From NCBI GenBank assembly GCA_002256025.1, contig NKIB01013009.1, positions 45,860 through 65,859 of the forward strand: DNA of 20,000 nt, read 5' to 3'. The position numbers were made by a program, and so were the translations under genes. Shown here in pieces: positions 1 to 9,830 of the stretch (positions are counted from its first letter, which is position 1; every line of letters starts with the position of its first letter). The DNA is from Asterionella formosa (lineage: Eukaryota). Below the pieces are notes generated by a model, which made no database searches, had not been told where the DNA came from, and saw only the letters and a program-made list of their open reading frames with translations.

Positions 1-1522
1 CAGCAGTACTGGAGGCGCAGGAATGGAAGATGCAACTGTTGCCGAAATTTTGGTGGACTTGGAGGATGACGCAGTCTCCATTTCTTATCGCAACGTGATG
101 TATGTAACTTGTCTTTGTGGTATTTTCAGCGTGGTCATCTCAACTTTAGCGTTAGTGATTATGACGGTGATTGCCAAGCGCCTTGTTCAAGTTGCTTTGA
201 TTTTAACAATCTCACTGAGTTTTGCTTGGGGAACTATTGGAATCGGCGTGTCCCCCCAGAATTTCGTGCCTATTACTGGCATTATCGCGTTAATGTTAAG
301 TGTGGGATACACTTTTATTGTTTGGGATCGAATTCCATTTGCAGCAGCCAATTTACATGCAGGGCTTAGTGGTGTGAGAGCCAATGCGGGGACCGTCGTG
401 GTTGCATTTGCCTTTCAGGGCCTTTCCTTGTTGTGGACGATTTATTTCGCTCATGTATTAGTTGGAATTTACAATGCTTTGGACAAGGGAGATTTGGTCT
501 TGTCAAAGCACATGACAATCTTTGTTTATACTATGTTGGGAATTTCCTACTATTGGACATACCATGTATTGATGGTAAGTACGAAAGGGGACGATGGACT
601 TCATCAAATTCAAGTACTAACCACTTCCTTTCTTTGCCGTATTTCAGAACGTTGTTCAGGTAACGGTGGCTGGCACAGTTGGGAGCTGGTGGTTTACGCC
701 AGATGGTAACCCGTCATGCTTCAAGGAGGCTGTGACGACTTCCTTTTTCTCTGCGATCGTTTTTCGGTTAGGATCCATTTGCTTTGGAAGTTTGCTAATA
801 GGACCAGTACGGTTGCTTCACATGGTGGCTGCCTTTTTCCGTCCAAGCAACGAGGATTCCACCCTATTGTGCATGCACGAATTCCTGAATTGTGTCCGAC
901 AGTGCATTGCCGGAACTTGGGTGGATCAATTGTCCGAGCATTTTAGTCCCTGGGCCTTAACGTACGTTGGATTGTACGGTTATTCATTGTTGGATGCTGG
1001 AGAGCACGCGACAGAACTATTTGAGAAACGAGGCTGGACAATGATTGTATCGGATGACTTGGTTCCAAATGTGCTTCTGATGGTTAGCGTGGTAGTCGGA
1101 GGAGTGACGGGTTGCTTCGGAGTTTTGATCCAGAAGATGGATGAACTTAAGTTTACATCATTTCATGCACCTGCTGCGACCGCTTTTTTGTAAGTCACCA
1201 CCATTGTTATGTTGGCTTTCTTATTCTGCAGGCAACGCTAACACCTTGCGTAATTTTTTTCAGAATCGGCCTCTGTATTGGGTGGGTAGTGACATCTGTA
1301 TTATTCGGTATCATTTGTAGCTCCGTCAATGCTGTAATAGTATGTTTTGCTGGGAACCCCGTGGAATTTAACAAGAATCATCCTGAACTAAGCGAGGAAA
1401 TGAGATCGGCCTGGCGAGAAGTGTGGCCAGGTTGCATGGATGTTGTTGACATGAGAGCGGAGTACGTCGATTTGGCGAATGCACATCATCAGCAAGCGGG
1501 TGAACGGCATCCGCTGTTGTAG
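1..1522 (+). CDS. Choline transporter-like (CTL/SLC44/Pns1 family) membrane protein, 5' end probably outside the window; exons <1-574, 648-1189, 1264-1522
   Basis: Three ORF-track pieces join in frame across two introns: 575-647 (GTAAGT...TACTAAC at 615-621...TTTCAG) and 1190-1263 (GTAAGT...GCTAAC...CAG). The spliced product has CTL motifs RIPFAAANL, YYWT..V..NVVQVTVAGTVGSWWF, GSICFGSL and ALTYVGLYG. The frame is open to the window start. Confidence 0.9.
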
Positions 1523-2311
1523 AACAAGAGAATTTAGGCCGCGGCAGTGTACTGGCTTGGTATGTTCCAGATCGTTGGTAGCTCGCAAGCACCATTGTGA
1601 AATCAAGTCAGTTGGCGCTAAATATTTGGTAGAGTCTTGCAGTGCCGCTTGCATGTTTGAAAGAGGACCATTGAAATTGATTCAGCTTATATTTATTATT
1701 ATAAAACTAATGGTTCAAACCTGAACAACACCAAACTCACAAACGCGGAGCTGCACATCACGGCAAGCGCTCAAACACAGGTGCTTCTACTGCAAACGCT
1801 GCAGTCGTAGCATATTATGACGCTAATGATAGAATATGCTACTCTAAAATGGATTGCAAGTCGCCAATTCTTGGCACCCAACATAGCTAGCTATAGCATA
1901 ACAAGAACTAGCAAACAATTTGCAAGGTCGTGCTTGATGGCGGAGTGCAAGTTTCGTCGACACTGTCTTTTTTAGTCGGCGAAGTAGTTTCGGTGGATTG
2001 CTTACGTAAAATCTATATATGTATCAAAATGACTGCCTTCGTTAGTCAAACCTGATCACAAATGAGTTCAGTGTGACAAGTCATGATCTATGTGAAAGCT
2101 GAGTAATAGCGCTATAGGAGCAAACTATGGGTGCAACTGTGTATTAATCTTCGATTGAGTTGATATGTAGTTTCTATGAATACTTTTACATTCATGGTAA
2201 TGCTTGCTTGTACTGGCGTGTCTGTTCCATTACTCATGTATTATTACATCATTGTTTCCAGTAGTATTGCAGTCTGTCAATTTCTCTGAGATCATTTAGC
2301 TGATTGCTTAG

Positions 2312-3398
2312 TCATGATCGCCAATTGAAGGGGTTCAACATGGGTTCGACCACGACATCGTCCTCGGGGTTTGCATCGAGCAGCACACTGTCGAACTCAG
2401 TCTCTTCCCAATGATTGTACGTAGGGTCATACCAGTCACCGCTTCAGGTCGAATCGAGAAAGGTGAAGTTAGAACGTCATGTCCATTAAATATAGGAAAT
2501 CATCCTTTGGAATGGACTCGTCAATATTATCGACTGACCTTTTGGAACCCATGGAAGACCCCCTAGTCAGAGTTGGGGACATGATAAGCGATGAAATGTC
2601 TTCTTCATTCTGGAATGGATCGACAAAATGAGAAAGCCAAGAATTTTCCTCGTTGACGTCGTCCAAATGTTCCGGAAGCTTTGAGGAGCCTGGTACCGAT
2701 TGGTCCAAATGAAGAACTTCGGGAGTGTTCACCGGTGACGTGGGCATCAAAGTCGGAGTCGCATCTTCGTCACTAGTGTCGTCGTTATTGGGTATCGTCT
2801 TGATCAGTTTGGCACGACGGTAAAAAGTATCATTGCTCATGAGAGGCGAAACAACGCTAAGTTGCGGGCGCTCTTGCTCTGCAGTCGTCTTGTTCGTTGA
2901 TGCTCCACCAATGGTCTTCCGAGAATCTTGCACGGGGTTCGCTTCGCATTTCCGCTTCGGACGGTCATGCCCTGTCAAAGAAGACGAAAGCGTAGGAGCA
3001 TCCTTGTGCTGAGCTCGAATTGTCGGCGCTCCTTCCCTCAATGCCTGACTTGTCTTGGCCATAGCCTTAGCGTCATCAATCTCAACCCAATAGCTTCCAA
3101 AGCCGGTACCTGTGTCGCGTTGCAGAAACCGCCCGGACGGAATCTGAGCTTGCACCAATTCCACGACCTGTCTGGCGACCCTTGCTTTCTCTGCCTTGCT
3201 TAAAGCCAAGTTGTAATCGTTCTTGTAGACCTTGACGTAGTCGCGGAAGACTTTGTTGCCTTCGTGCGAGTTGATACCTCCACCCCGTCCAGCCAGAACA
3301 TCGTTGGGGTGAGGTGTCCTTATTCGTTTGACTGCGCCGTGCGATGCCGAGTTCACAAAGAAATCTCCTGTATGCTGCGGGATGTTCATCATCATCAT
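2312..3398 (-). CDS. DUF6824-domain protein (family expanded in diatoms); probable intron 2442-2538, unspliced ORF ends at 2469
   Basis: PHPNDVLAGRGGGINSHEGNKVFR...K.EK...GRFL...W.EI.D..A..KTSQALRE is the typical DUF6824 signature. Donor AG|GTCAGT, branch CTAAC (2468-2472) and acceptor AAG give an in-frame last exon ending in TGA at 2312-2314. Confidence 0.8.
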
Positions 3399-3690
3399 CG
3401 TTTGTGGTGGTGGGTGGGAGTCTAAGTTGCTCTAAAGTGAGTGATTTGAATGGGGAAAGTTGAAAGTTGTGAAAGAAGATGAACAGCCTTCTCGCGTTGT
3501 TGCGTTGTTCCTGTATATAAACTGTATGTGTTCCTGCTTCTATATGCGTTTTGCTTCGTGTAGCTTTGTGTCACTGTTGTTCGTTTCAACAATTGTGAGC
3601 CGGCAGACAGTGGCAACTGAAAACAACACAGAGAACCAACACACATCAAAAGGAAAGAATTCCATGGCCTTCCTGCAAACAACGACACTT

Positions 3691-3777
3691 ACGTGGCAAA
3701 CGAGAATAGGGTGACGACATCATGACGTTCGTATGAAATTCCTATGATCTGGTTGGACAAGATCCACGTACACGTCA
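3691..3777. promoter_or_regulatory. Cluster of four ACGT cores, two of them TGACGT, upstream of the DUF6824 gene (candidate bZIP sites)
   Basis: ACGT at 3691, TGACGT at 3723-3728, ACGT at 3766 and ACGTCA at 3772-3777, about 300-380 bp upstream of the ATG. Function is inferred only. Confidence 0.3.
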
Positions 3778-4209
3778 TTATTTGACACTATCCTCCTTGA
3801 ACTGGTAATGACTTCTTCGGCCATCTGATGCCATCACCTCCGAAAAGACTATGTGATGACTGTCTTAACAAACGTATGTAGAGATAACGGCATAGGGTTC
3901 GCGCTGAGTTTGCATCATATTTCCATGTGTCACGAATCAGGCAGCTCAGAACGATGCATAGTTCTTGTTGATACTTGTTACATACCGGATATGCATTAAA
4001 CAGAATTAGTCATCATTCTGACACTAATCGACCCCGATGACGGAGTGCCAAAATGCTTTGGTTCGTTTCTTGTAAAATGTATGTAGAGCAATGACACGGA
4101 CACCCCTGGTGTGGAGCAAGCAAGCTTTTCGTTTCATTTCATTTACATACCCGGAGTGGGTGAAATTGCAGTAGCAATACATATCAAAGATAAGAACATC
4201 ACTCAATGC

Positions 4210-4748
4210 TACCGGTACTCGAGCACCGGTGCCTCCCACTGGAGCAGGAGTGCTCGGTACCAGGTACTTGCATACTCCACGTGGTACATACAAGGGAATT
4301 CTACCGGGTGGACCCAGGACCAGGTTCGGTCGTTGAAGTTTCTTCACAGAAAATAATGAAGCCTTGTACATACTTAGGGTTGCAAATAGCATCATATTCA
4401 TACCTATATGTAGTTATGTAGGGTAGTATTCTACCTACCGGTACAGCAAGTTGCGGAAATTTTGATGAACTAAAAGTTTAGCTATTTTTATCCGAGATTA
4501 AATTGTTTCTTTTAAGCAAAATGACTGCATCTTGCACATATCTTAGTTCTATGTGGATTTACGGCACCAGGGTACCCTGGTACCACTTCCGCGAGGGGGT
4601 TCTGGTGCGTGTCGACCGGTACATAGAGCAAAACGACTGCCGGCGTCCTATTTACCGGTACTGTTCCGGTACTTATTTCTTCTAAGTCCTCAGGCATTTG
4701 GCACCTCTCAAAGTTGACAGCAATCGAAAATTAACATACTACCGGTAT
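4210..4748. repeat. Dispersed cluster of TACCGGTA / TACCWGGTA / GGTACC palindromic units
   Basis: Examples: taccggtac (4210), ggtaccaggtac (4256), tacctaccggtac (4432), gggtaccctggtacc (4570), accggtac (4615, 4654), taccggta (4740). Confidence 0.7.
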
Positions 4749-5141
4749 CAATCTTTTGGCGAGAAACAGAATGATGAAATATGCATTGCCTCGGTCCAAT
4801 GCATTCGAAAACTGAATGGATATGCAGCTTGTACTGATCAATCTCACTTTACCGTTGTGCCATCGAAGGCAATCTGAGTAATGCATACTTTCACCTTTCA
4901 GCGTACCTCCAATCGACTTCCGAGCATGCGTGGTCCTAATGGCTACCAGACAGCTACTTGCTTTGACGTTCGTCCATCACAGCACTAATATTTGCGACAG
5001 CATCATCAAGGGGGTAACATACTTATTCCCTTTAATTAAGCAAAATATCCCAAACTTTTCATTAGAAAGTTCCGCTGTAGGTCAATTGCCGTTTGCTCAT
5101 GCTTTACTTAGAATTCCATTGAAGCGTGTGTCCCATTTCAT

Positions 5142-6470
5142 CTAGCCTAGGTTCTCAGCCAGCTCTTTGGTTGCTACAGCTGTCACTCGCACCACTGTCT
5201 GTTTCGTTACCAAAGAAAAGCCAATGTATTCATACTGCCATCCAAATTTTCTACAACACTCTCGCCATGCCCTGAACTCATCTTGTCTCCACGTCGCATG
5301 ACATAGATACTCATCAAACAACAACATTGTCCCTGGAACAACCCGTCCATGAAGATTCTCCAAAATATCCAAAGTCGAAGAATACAAGTCACAGTCAATG
5401 TTGGCATACGCCAAACACTGATCCTTTCGCACAGTCTTCTTGAACTTTGGGATCGAATCACAAAATAATCCTTTGTGAAATCGTACATCACCTTCCAAAA
5501 ATATGGGAACTATTCCACCAGTACTATACGAGCCCTCCGGTTCCCTCCCCCACGCCTGTGGTAGGCCCATAAATGTATCAAACCCATGAATAGTTACACT
5601 CAGTGGCAACAACTCTTGAGTCATACGTAAACTTCGGCCCGAAGCGACACCAAATTCACACACGAGGCCCCCATCGGCGATAAGAGGCGCCGCATGAGAC
5701 AAGGCCAATTCAATCATGTCGCGGGTGCCTCGATGCAAATTAGCTCGATCAACTTTTCGGGTATGCCATCGTACATATCCCCATGAGTCGACCAAACACG
5801 CAATGTGAGCTTCTGATTTGCGAAGTTGCTCCATGAGAAGTTCAGCTTCTTCCGTTTCACCAAGTCGTTCCAAGGCGACAGCAAGGTGGAAGGCAAAAAC
5901 TCGATTTAAAGGCGCTAGCTCAAATGCTTTTCTGTATGCGACTTCAGCCGCCTTTAAACTCCCCCCAGCTGCCTCGATGGAAACCCCCAAGCCATTGTAA
6001 CTCACTGCTGACGGGTAGATATCAATGTCACACGCATCTTGATAGAGACGCATTGACGCTCTTGCATCCCCCAAGGCATCGTGAGATAGATGCGCCAATC
6101 TAACACATGCGTAGGACAAAACAGCACGCACATCGTCTTTGGAGAGGAGAGTGACATGTCCAAACTCGTCGGCGGATTCCAGACAACACTGATAGAGGGT
6201 GGCCGCTTCATGGAACGAAGCAGCTGCTGCTCTGGCTCTTCCTGACTTTTCCATACGCATGCCGAGCTGAAAAGCTCTATCGGCCTCTTGTACAATTGCA
6301 TTGACCGGTGTTTGCTGGTCGTTGATGAAGTCAACGACGGCGGAAGGGTTGAGTGAACGCGCAAAAGTTGATTTGGCAAGGGATGTTCCGAACAAGCGCT
6401 GAAAAGCAAAGGCGGGTGTTGTTGATAGGGCCAGTGCGGCTAGCGATGAGATACTGGTAGAGATTCTCAT
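5142..6470 (-). CDS. TPR-repeat + TylF/MycF-like (class I SAM-dependent) methyltransferase, predicted plastid-targeted, 442 aa
   Basis: The first ATG is at 6470 (the ORF track starts at an upstream TTG). Signal peptide ends AFA-F, followed by an S/T/R-rich stretch. TPR-like helices: SYNGLGVSI...AEVAYRKAFELAP...AFHLAVALERLG. C-terminal motifs: EFGVASGRS, GFDTFMGLP..W, KGLF.DS, NIDCDLYSST, PGTMLLFDEY. Confidence 0.85.
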   Translation of the reverse strand: MRISTSISSLAALALSTTPAFAFQRLFGTSLAKSTFARSLNPSAVVDFINDQQTPVNAIVQEADRAFQLGMRMEKSGRARAAAASFHEAATLYQCCLESADEFGHVTLLSKDDVRAVLSYACVRLAHLSHDALGDARASMRLYQDACDIDIYPSAVSYNGLGVSIEAAGGSLKAAEVAYRKAFELAPLNRVFAFHLAVALERLGETEEAELLMEQLRKSEAHIACLVDSWGYVRWHTRKVDRANLHRGTRDMIELALSHAAPLIADGGLVCEFGVASGRSLRMTQELLPLSVTIHGFDTFMGLPQAWGREPEGSYSTGGIVPIFLEGDVRFHKGLFCDSIPKFKKTVRKDQCLAYANIDCDLYSSTLDILENLHGRVVPGTMLLFDEYLCHATWRQDEFRAWRECCRKFGWQYEYIGFSLVTKQTVVRVTAVATKELAENLG

Positions 6471-6618
6471 GGAGATCAAAGAAAGTTGACGATCACCACA
6501 AACCGTCAATCAGCACGAGTCATTCAACCAACAGGCAACACTGGAGTGGATAGAAATATATGTCATCTGAAGGCAAACGAATTTCAATCTTTATCATGGC
6601 ACAAAGTGCGTGCATGCA

Positions 6619-7089
6619 ACCAGGTACCGGTATCTATTTGCACGCGGAGGCCATGATGACCACATCGCACATGCATGCGTACCGGAACTGGTACTGTGTC
6701 TACCTGGCGGTCCTGGTACCGGTATCCGGTATGCATACCGTTATGCTACCTGGTTCTGTATACCACCATAACCAGGTACCAGGTACTGGTAAAAAAATCA
6801 TGCCGGTACATTGATCTACTGGTATTTATGCATGATAGAGACTAAAACCGGTAGATATGAATGAATCACACTACCAGGTACCAACCAGGTACCGGTACTG
6901 TAAGATTGTATGCCGTTATGACTGGTAAAAAATACCCAGTTGCTGCTGTACATAAGTAACAACGTACCAGGTACCTGGTGGGTACGTATGACGGTGAACA
7001 TTACTACCGGTACCGGTTCTACATAACCCTAGCAAATAGAGGGGAAGGTAAGAAACCCAAGAAATAACAAAGCACGACGCTACCCGGTA
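6619..7089. repeat. Dense cluster of TACC(W)GGTA / TACTGGTA / TACTGTA units in the divergent promoter region
   Basis: Examples: accaggtaccggta (6619), accaggtaccaggtactggta (6771-6791), taccaggtaccaaccaggtaccggtactgta (6872-6902), taccaggtacctgg (6965), taccggtaccgg (7005), tacccggta (7081). Confidence 0.8.
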
Positions 7090-7348
7090 AGCAAGAAGCA
7101 ATTCGGAAACGAAGCAAGGAGCATCAGCAATGCGTTATCTTCGGCGGGGTCGTGTAAACGCTCGTCGCCATTATTATTATTTTCATCCCGAATACATAAT
7201 CAACCGTCGAAGTTGTTGACGATGGCAGGAAACTTGTTCCATACGTCCAGAGTGTAGAGTAGATTCTAGTCCATCGACGATTTCACATTAATATCAGCCC
7301 TTTTTAGTATCTGAAGACTCAGCCAATCTGTGCAATCATATTCGAACA

Positions 7349-8368
7349 ATGGCGAGCACAACGCGACGAAAGAACGGAATGTCCGGGCCTCGCAGTTACA
7401 TGCAAATATCAACGTGGATCTTCCTACCGACATTGGTGACAGAATTCCTCCTCGTTTGTTCCCCGAATCTTCCGCTGGCAGCGTCAATACCAGTCACTCT
7501 AATATTTTGCGTATTGTCGTTTCTTGCTGCGATCTATGGCTACCTTGCAACCGTGACAGATGCCATCGACTCCCACTTGGCCTGTCATTTGCGTGACCAA
7601 GGCGACAGCACACCTGCTGCTGCACCAACAGGGTTCCTGGCTCTCTTTTACCGCCAACCTTCCTTCACGCCAGCTCAAATAGAAGCTGAATCAACCAAAT
7701 ACTGTTGGGTATGCGAAACAAGCGTGGCACAACACTCCATGCATTGCAAGTATTGCAACAAATGCATCTCTAATTTCGATCATCACTGTCAGTGGCTCAA
7801 TACATGTGTCGGCAAGCACAATTATCCATATTTTTACAAAACGCTTTGGTATATTTCGGGAGCGCTGCTGGTTCATGGACTCACGTCGCTGGCGATTGCC
7901 ATTGACATTCTGGCACATGGCACGTCAGAACAACGAGCCAACGATTGGTTAGGGGGCAGCAACCTGAAGGCATTGGTGGTGGCATTCTGTTTTGTTTTTG
8001 TAGCTTTTGACACTGTGGCCTTTTTTTTGATTGCACAGCTACTCTTGTTTCATATTTCCTTGAAACGAGAGAAACTCACGACCTATCAGTTTATTTTAAA
8101 GGACAATCAGCGAAAGCGAGACTTGGCAAAAATTAACGAAACTATTAATTCAAAGCGCATTGTTGCAATTCGGAAGGCCAAGCAAGAAGGCAAGACTTTG
8201 TTATTCTATCAACTAAAATGTGGAAAATATTGTAAGGCATGTGATCCCTTGGTGCTGGAAGTCCCACCCTCGACCCGACAAGAAGCGCCGGAATACAGCA
8301 ATTGCGAAGAAATTGATCTTGAAGAGAGTAAATCAGAGAACGACGAGGACTCTAGGAATGCACTGTAA
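7349..8368 (+). CDS. DHHC-type protein S-acyltransferase (palmitoyltransferase)
   Basis: Cys-rich domain YCWVC...HSMHCKYCNKCISNFDHHCQWLNTCVGKHNY, a 2+2 TM arrangement and TTYQF after the last TM. The N-terminal RKNG.S.P...Q resembles the ZDHHC1/11-like clade. Confidence 0.95.
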   Translation: MASTTRRKNGMSGPRSYMQISTWIFLPTLVTEFLLVCSPNLPLAASIPVTLIFCVLSFLAAIYGYLATVTDAIDSHLACHLRDQGDSTPAAAPTGFLALFYRQPSFTPAQIEAESTKYCWVCETSVAQHSMHCKYCNKCISNFDHHCQWLNTCVGKHNYPYFYKTLWYISGALLVHGLTSLAIAIDILAHGTSEQRANDWLGGSNLKALVVAFCFVFVAFDTVAFFLIAQLLLFHISLKREKLTTYQFILKDNQRKRDLAKINETINSKRIVAIRKAKQEGKTLLFYQLKCGKYCKACDPLVLEVPPSTRQEAPEYSNCEEIDLEESKSENDEDSRNAL

Positions 8369-8899
8369 GAAAAACAATATATGGGGTATTGTAACTATTT
8401 TTTGGCTAAACAGAACTCTTGCACGGCTTCTCTCGTTGTAAATTGTGAGGGTACTTTAGAACTAACATCGTAAATGTTGTGGGGTAAATTATAATTGTGC
8501 ACTTTGGTACACAGTCCAAGCTAGCGAAGTCAACTTGATTGATTACTTAGAATGAAGACATTCAGTCGTTCAGTCGTCTGCCTCGTTTCTATGATGTCCA
8601 ACCATGGGGACTCTTGAATCCTGTCTGATAGCTTCGATCAAGAGACTGAAAACATAATGATTTTTTTGGAATGGAAATATTGGCCGTATAAGTTGTGTCA
8701 TTGTCATGTACTCCGTTATCTATTCTCCTGGTGGGGTTCCTAGTGGAGCTGGACAGAAGGGAAAGAGTTCGAGCTGAGCATTTGTACGAACTCAGAAATT
8801 TGCTCCTCTGGAGTTAGCAAATAGCTAAAGTATAGGACACCACAAAATCAAAACGAGCGATAATATGGCAATCTGTCGTCTACTGGCCCAATGGTACGG

Positions 8900-9830
8900 C
8901 TTCAACTGGTCTAGTGCTGGGGCTTAACAACCATCTATTTAAATAAGCCCTTTGTGTTTTATTCGCAATGTGAACCCGCTAAAGTAAATTTGCGCTTGTA
9001 CTCTTGGCGAATGGGTTGGGTCATTCACTGGAAACGGAAGACAATACTCCTTAGTTGTTTATGATAGGAAATTTGGACTTCATATTGCTTGTTCTTGTCC
9101 TTTGTAAGCTACGTACTGTGTGAGTAACCTACAAAATTACTAGAGCCTCCTCTATACATCGATAGTATTGTTAGGAAACATTTACTCTTATTCTTGACCT
9201 ATTTCTGAGTCACACACTATCATTAATTAGCTTGATGTGATCGATGCTTCAAGATCAATGTTGACACCATGATACCAAATCTTCCATTTTACAACGAATG
9301 AAAATACATTGTACTAGCCATCGCCATTGAGCCCAGCAATCGAGTCATAGTACTAGATAACCATCCAAGGAAGTAAATAAAGTAAATGTGGCTGTGGGTT
9401 GCCAAATTCTAATACCATAATGATTGATAGCACCAACACAACCATGGTATTCATGTCACTTTGTTCTGACTTTATCCATTTCATCTGAAGCGCATTGCAG
9501 CTCCACAAGGCTCTCTTGAAATTTTATTTCTTCAGCAATCGATGGAATTAAAGCAATTATAAACTTCTCAGGTATCTTATATATGGATGTAACTAGTACC
9601 CACATTAAACCCTAACATGCATCAATGTATGTTGAACCTCCCAAAATGCGAAGTGACAAGTACATGATTTCATGAATGGAAAGTGCCCACCTGCTGCTTG
9701 TTCTTCTAGGATGTTCATTCTGTTTATCCGATTTTTAAGCAATCCCTAGACCAATGAGGTTTCTCAATAATTAATAAGTAAATCGAGAAATTCAAAACAT
9801 TTCACGAAAAGTGACAGCATCTGCTGGTCA
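8900..9830 (-). pseudogene. Decayed PIF/Harbinger-type (DDE_Tnp_4) transposase; boundaries approximate
   Basis: Manual translation from 9809 in one frame: FREMF*ISRFTY*LL...LSLRILGGSTYIDAC*G...SIY...IKF...YHGCVGAINHYGIRIWQP (GCVGAI at 9443-9426). Further downstream: LPFP...LRIKTQRAYLNRWLL. These match Harbinger FR.FRMSR.TF, LR.LAGGSY.D, GC.GAIDG and LR..IE.AFG.L..RW.IL. Multiple stop codons; absent from the ORF track. Confidence 0.75.

Noticed and set aside
575..709. C-terminal tail of ORF 23..709 as real protein
   Set aside because: It is read-through of a canonical intron. The CTL motif resumes in another frame at 648.
4442..4538. Possible tiny TIR element (GCAAGTTGCGG / CTGCATCTTGC)
   Set aside because: Only a 9/11 match with no clear TSD at the right end; could be chance.
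6560..7101. Short ORFs rich in VPGT/YQVP (also 4024-4697, 11307-11594, 13470-13676)
   Set aside because: These are translation artefacts of the GGTACC(W) arrays and MITE ends, with no recognisable domain.
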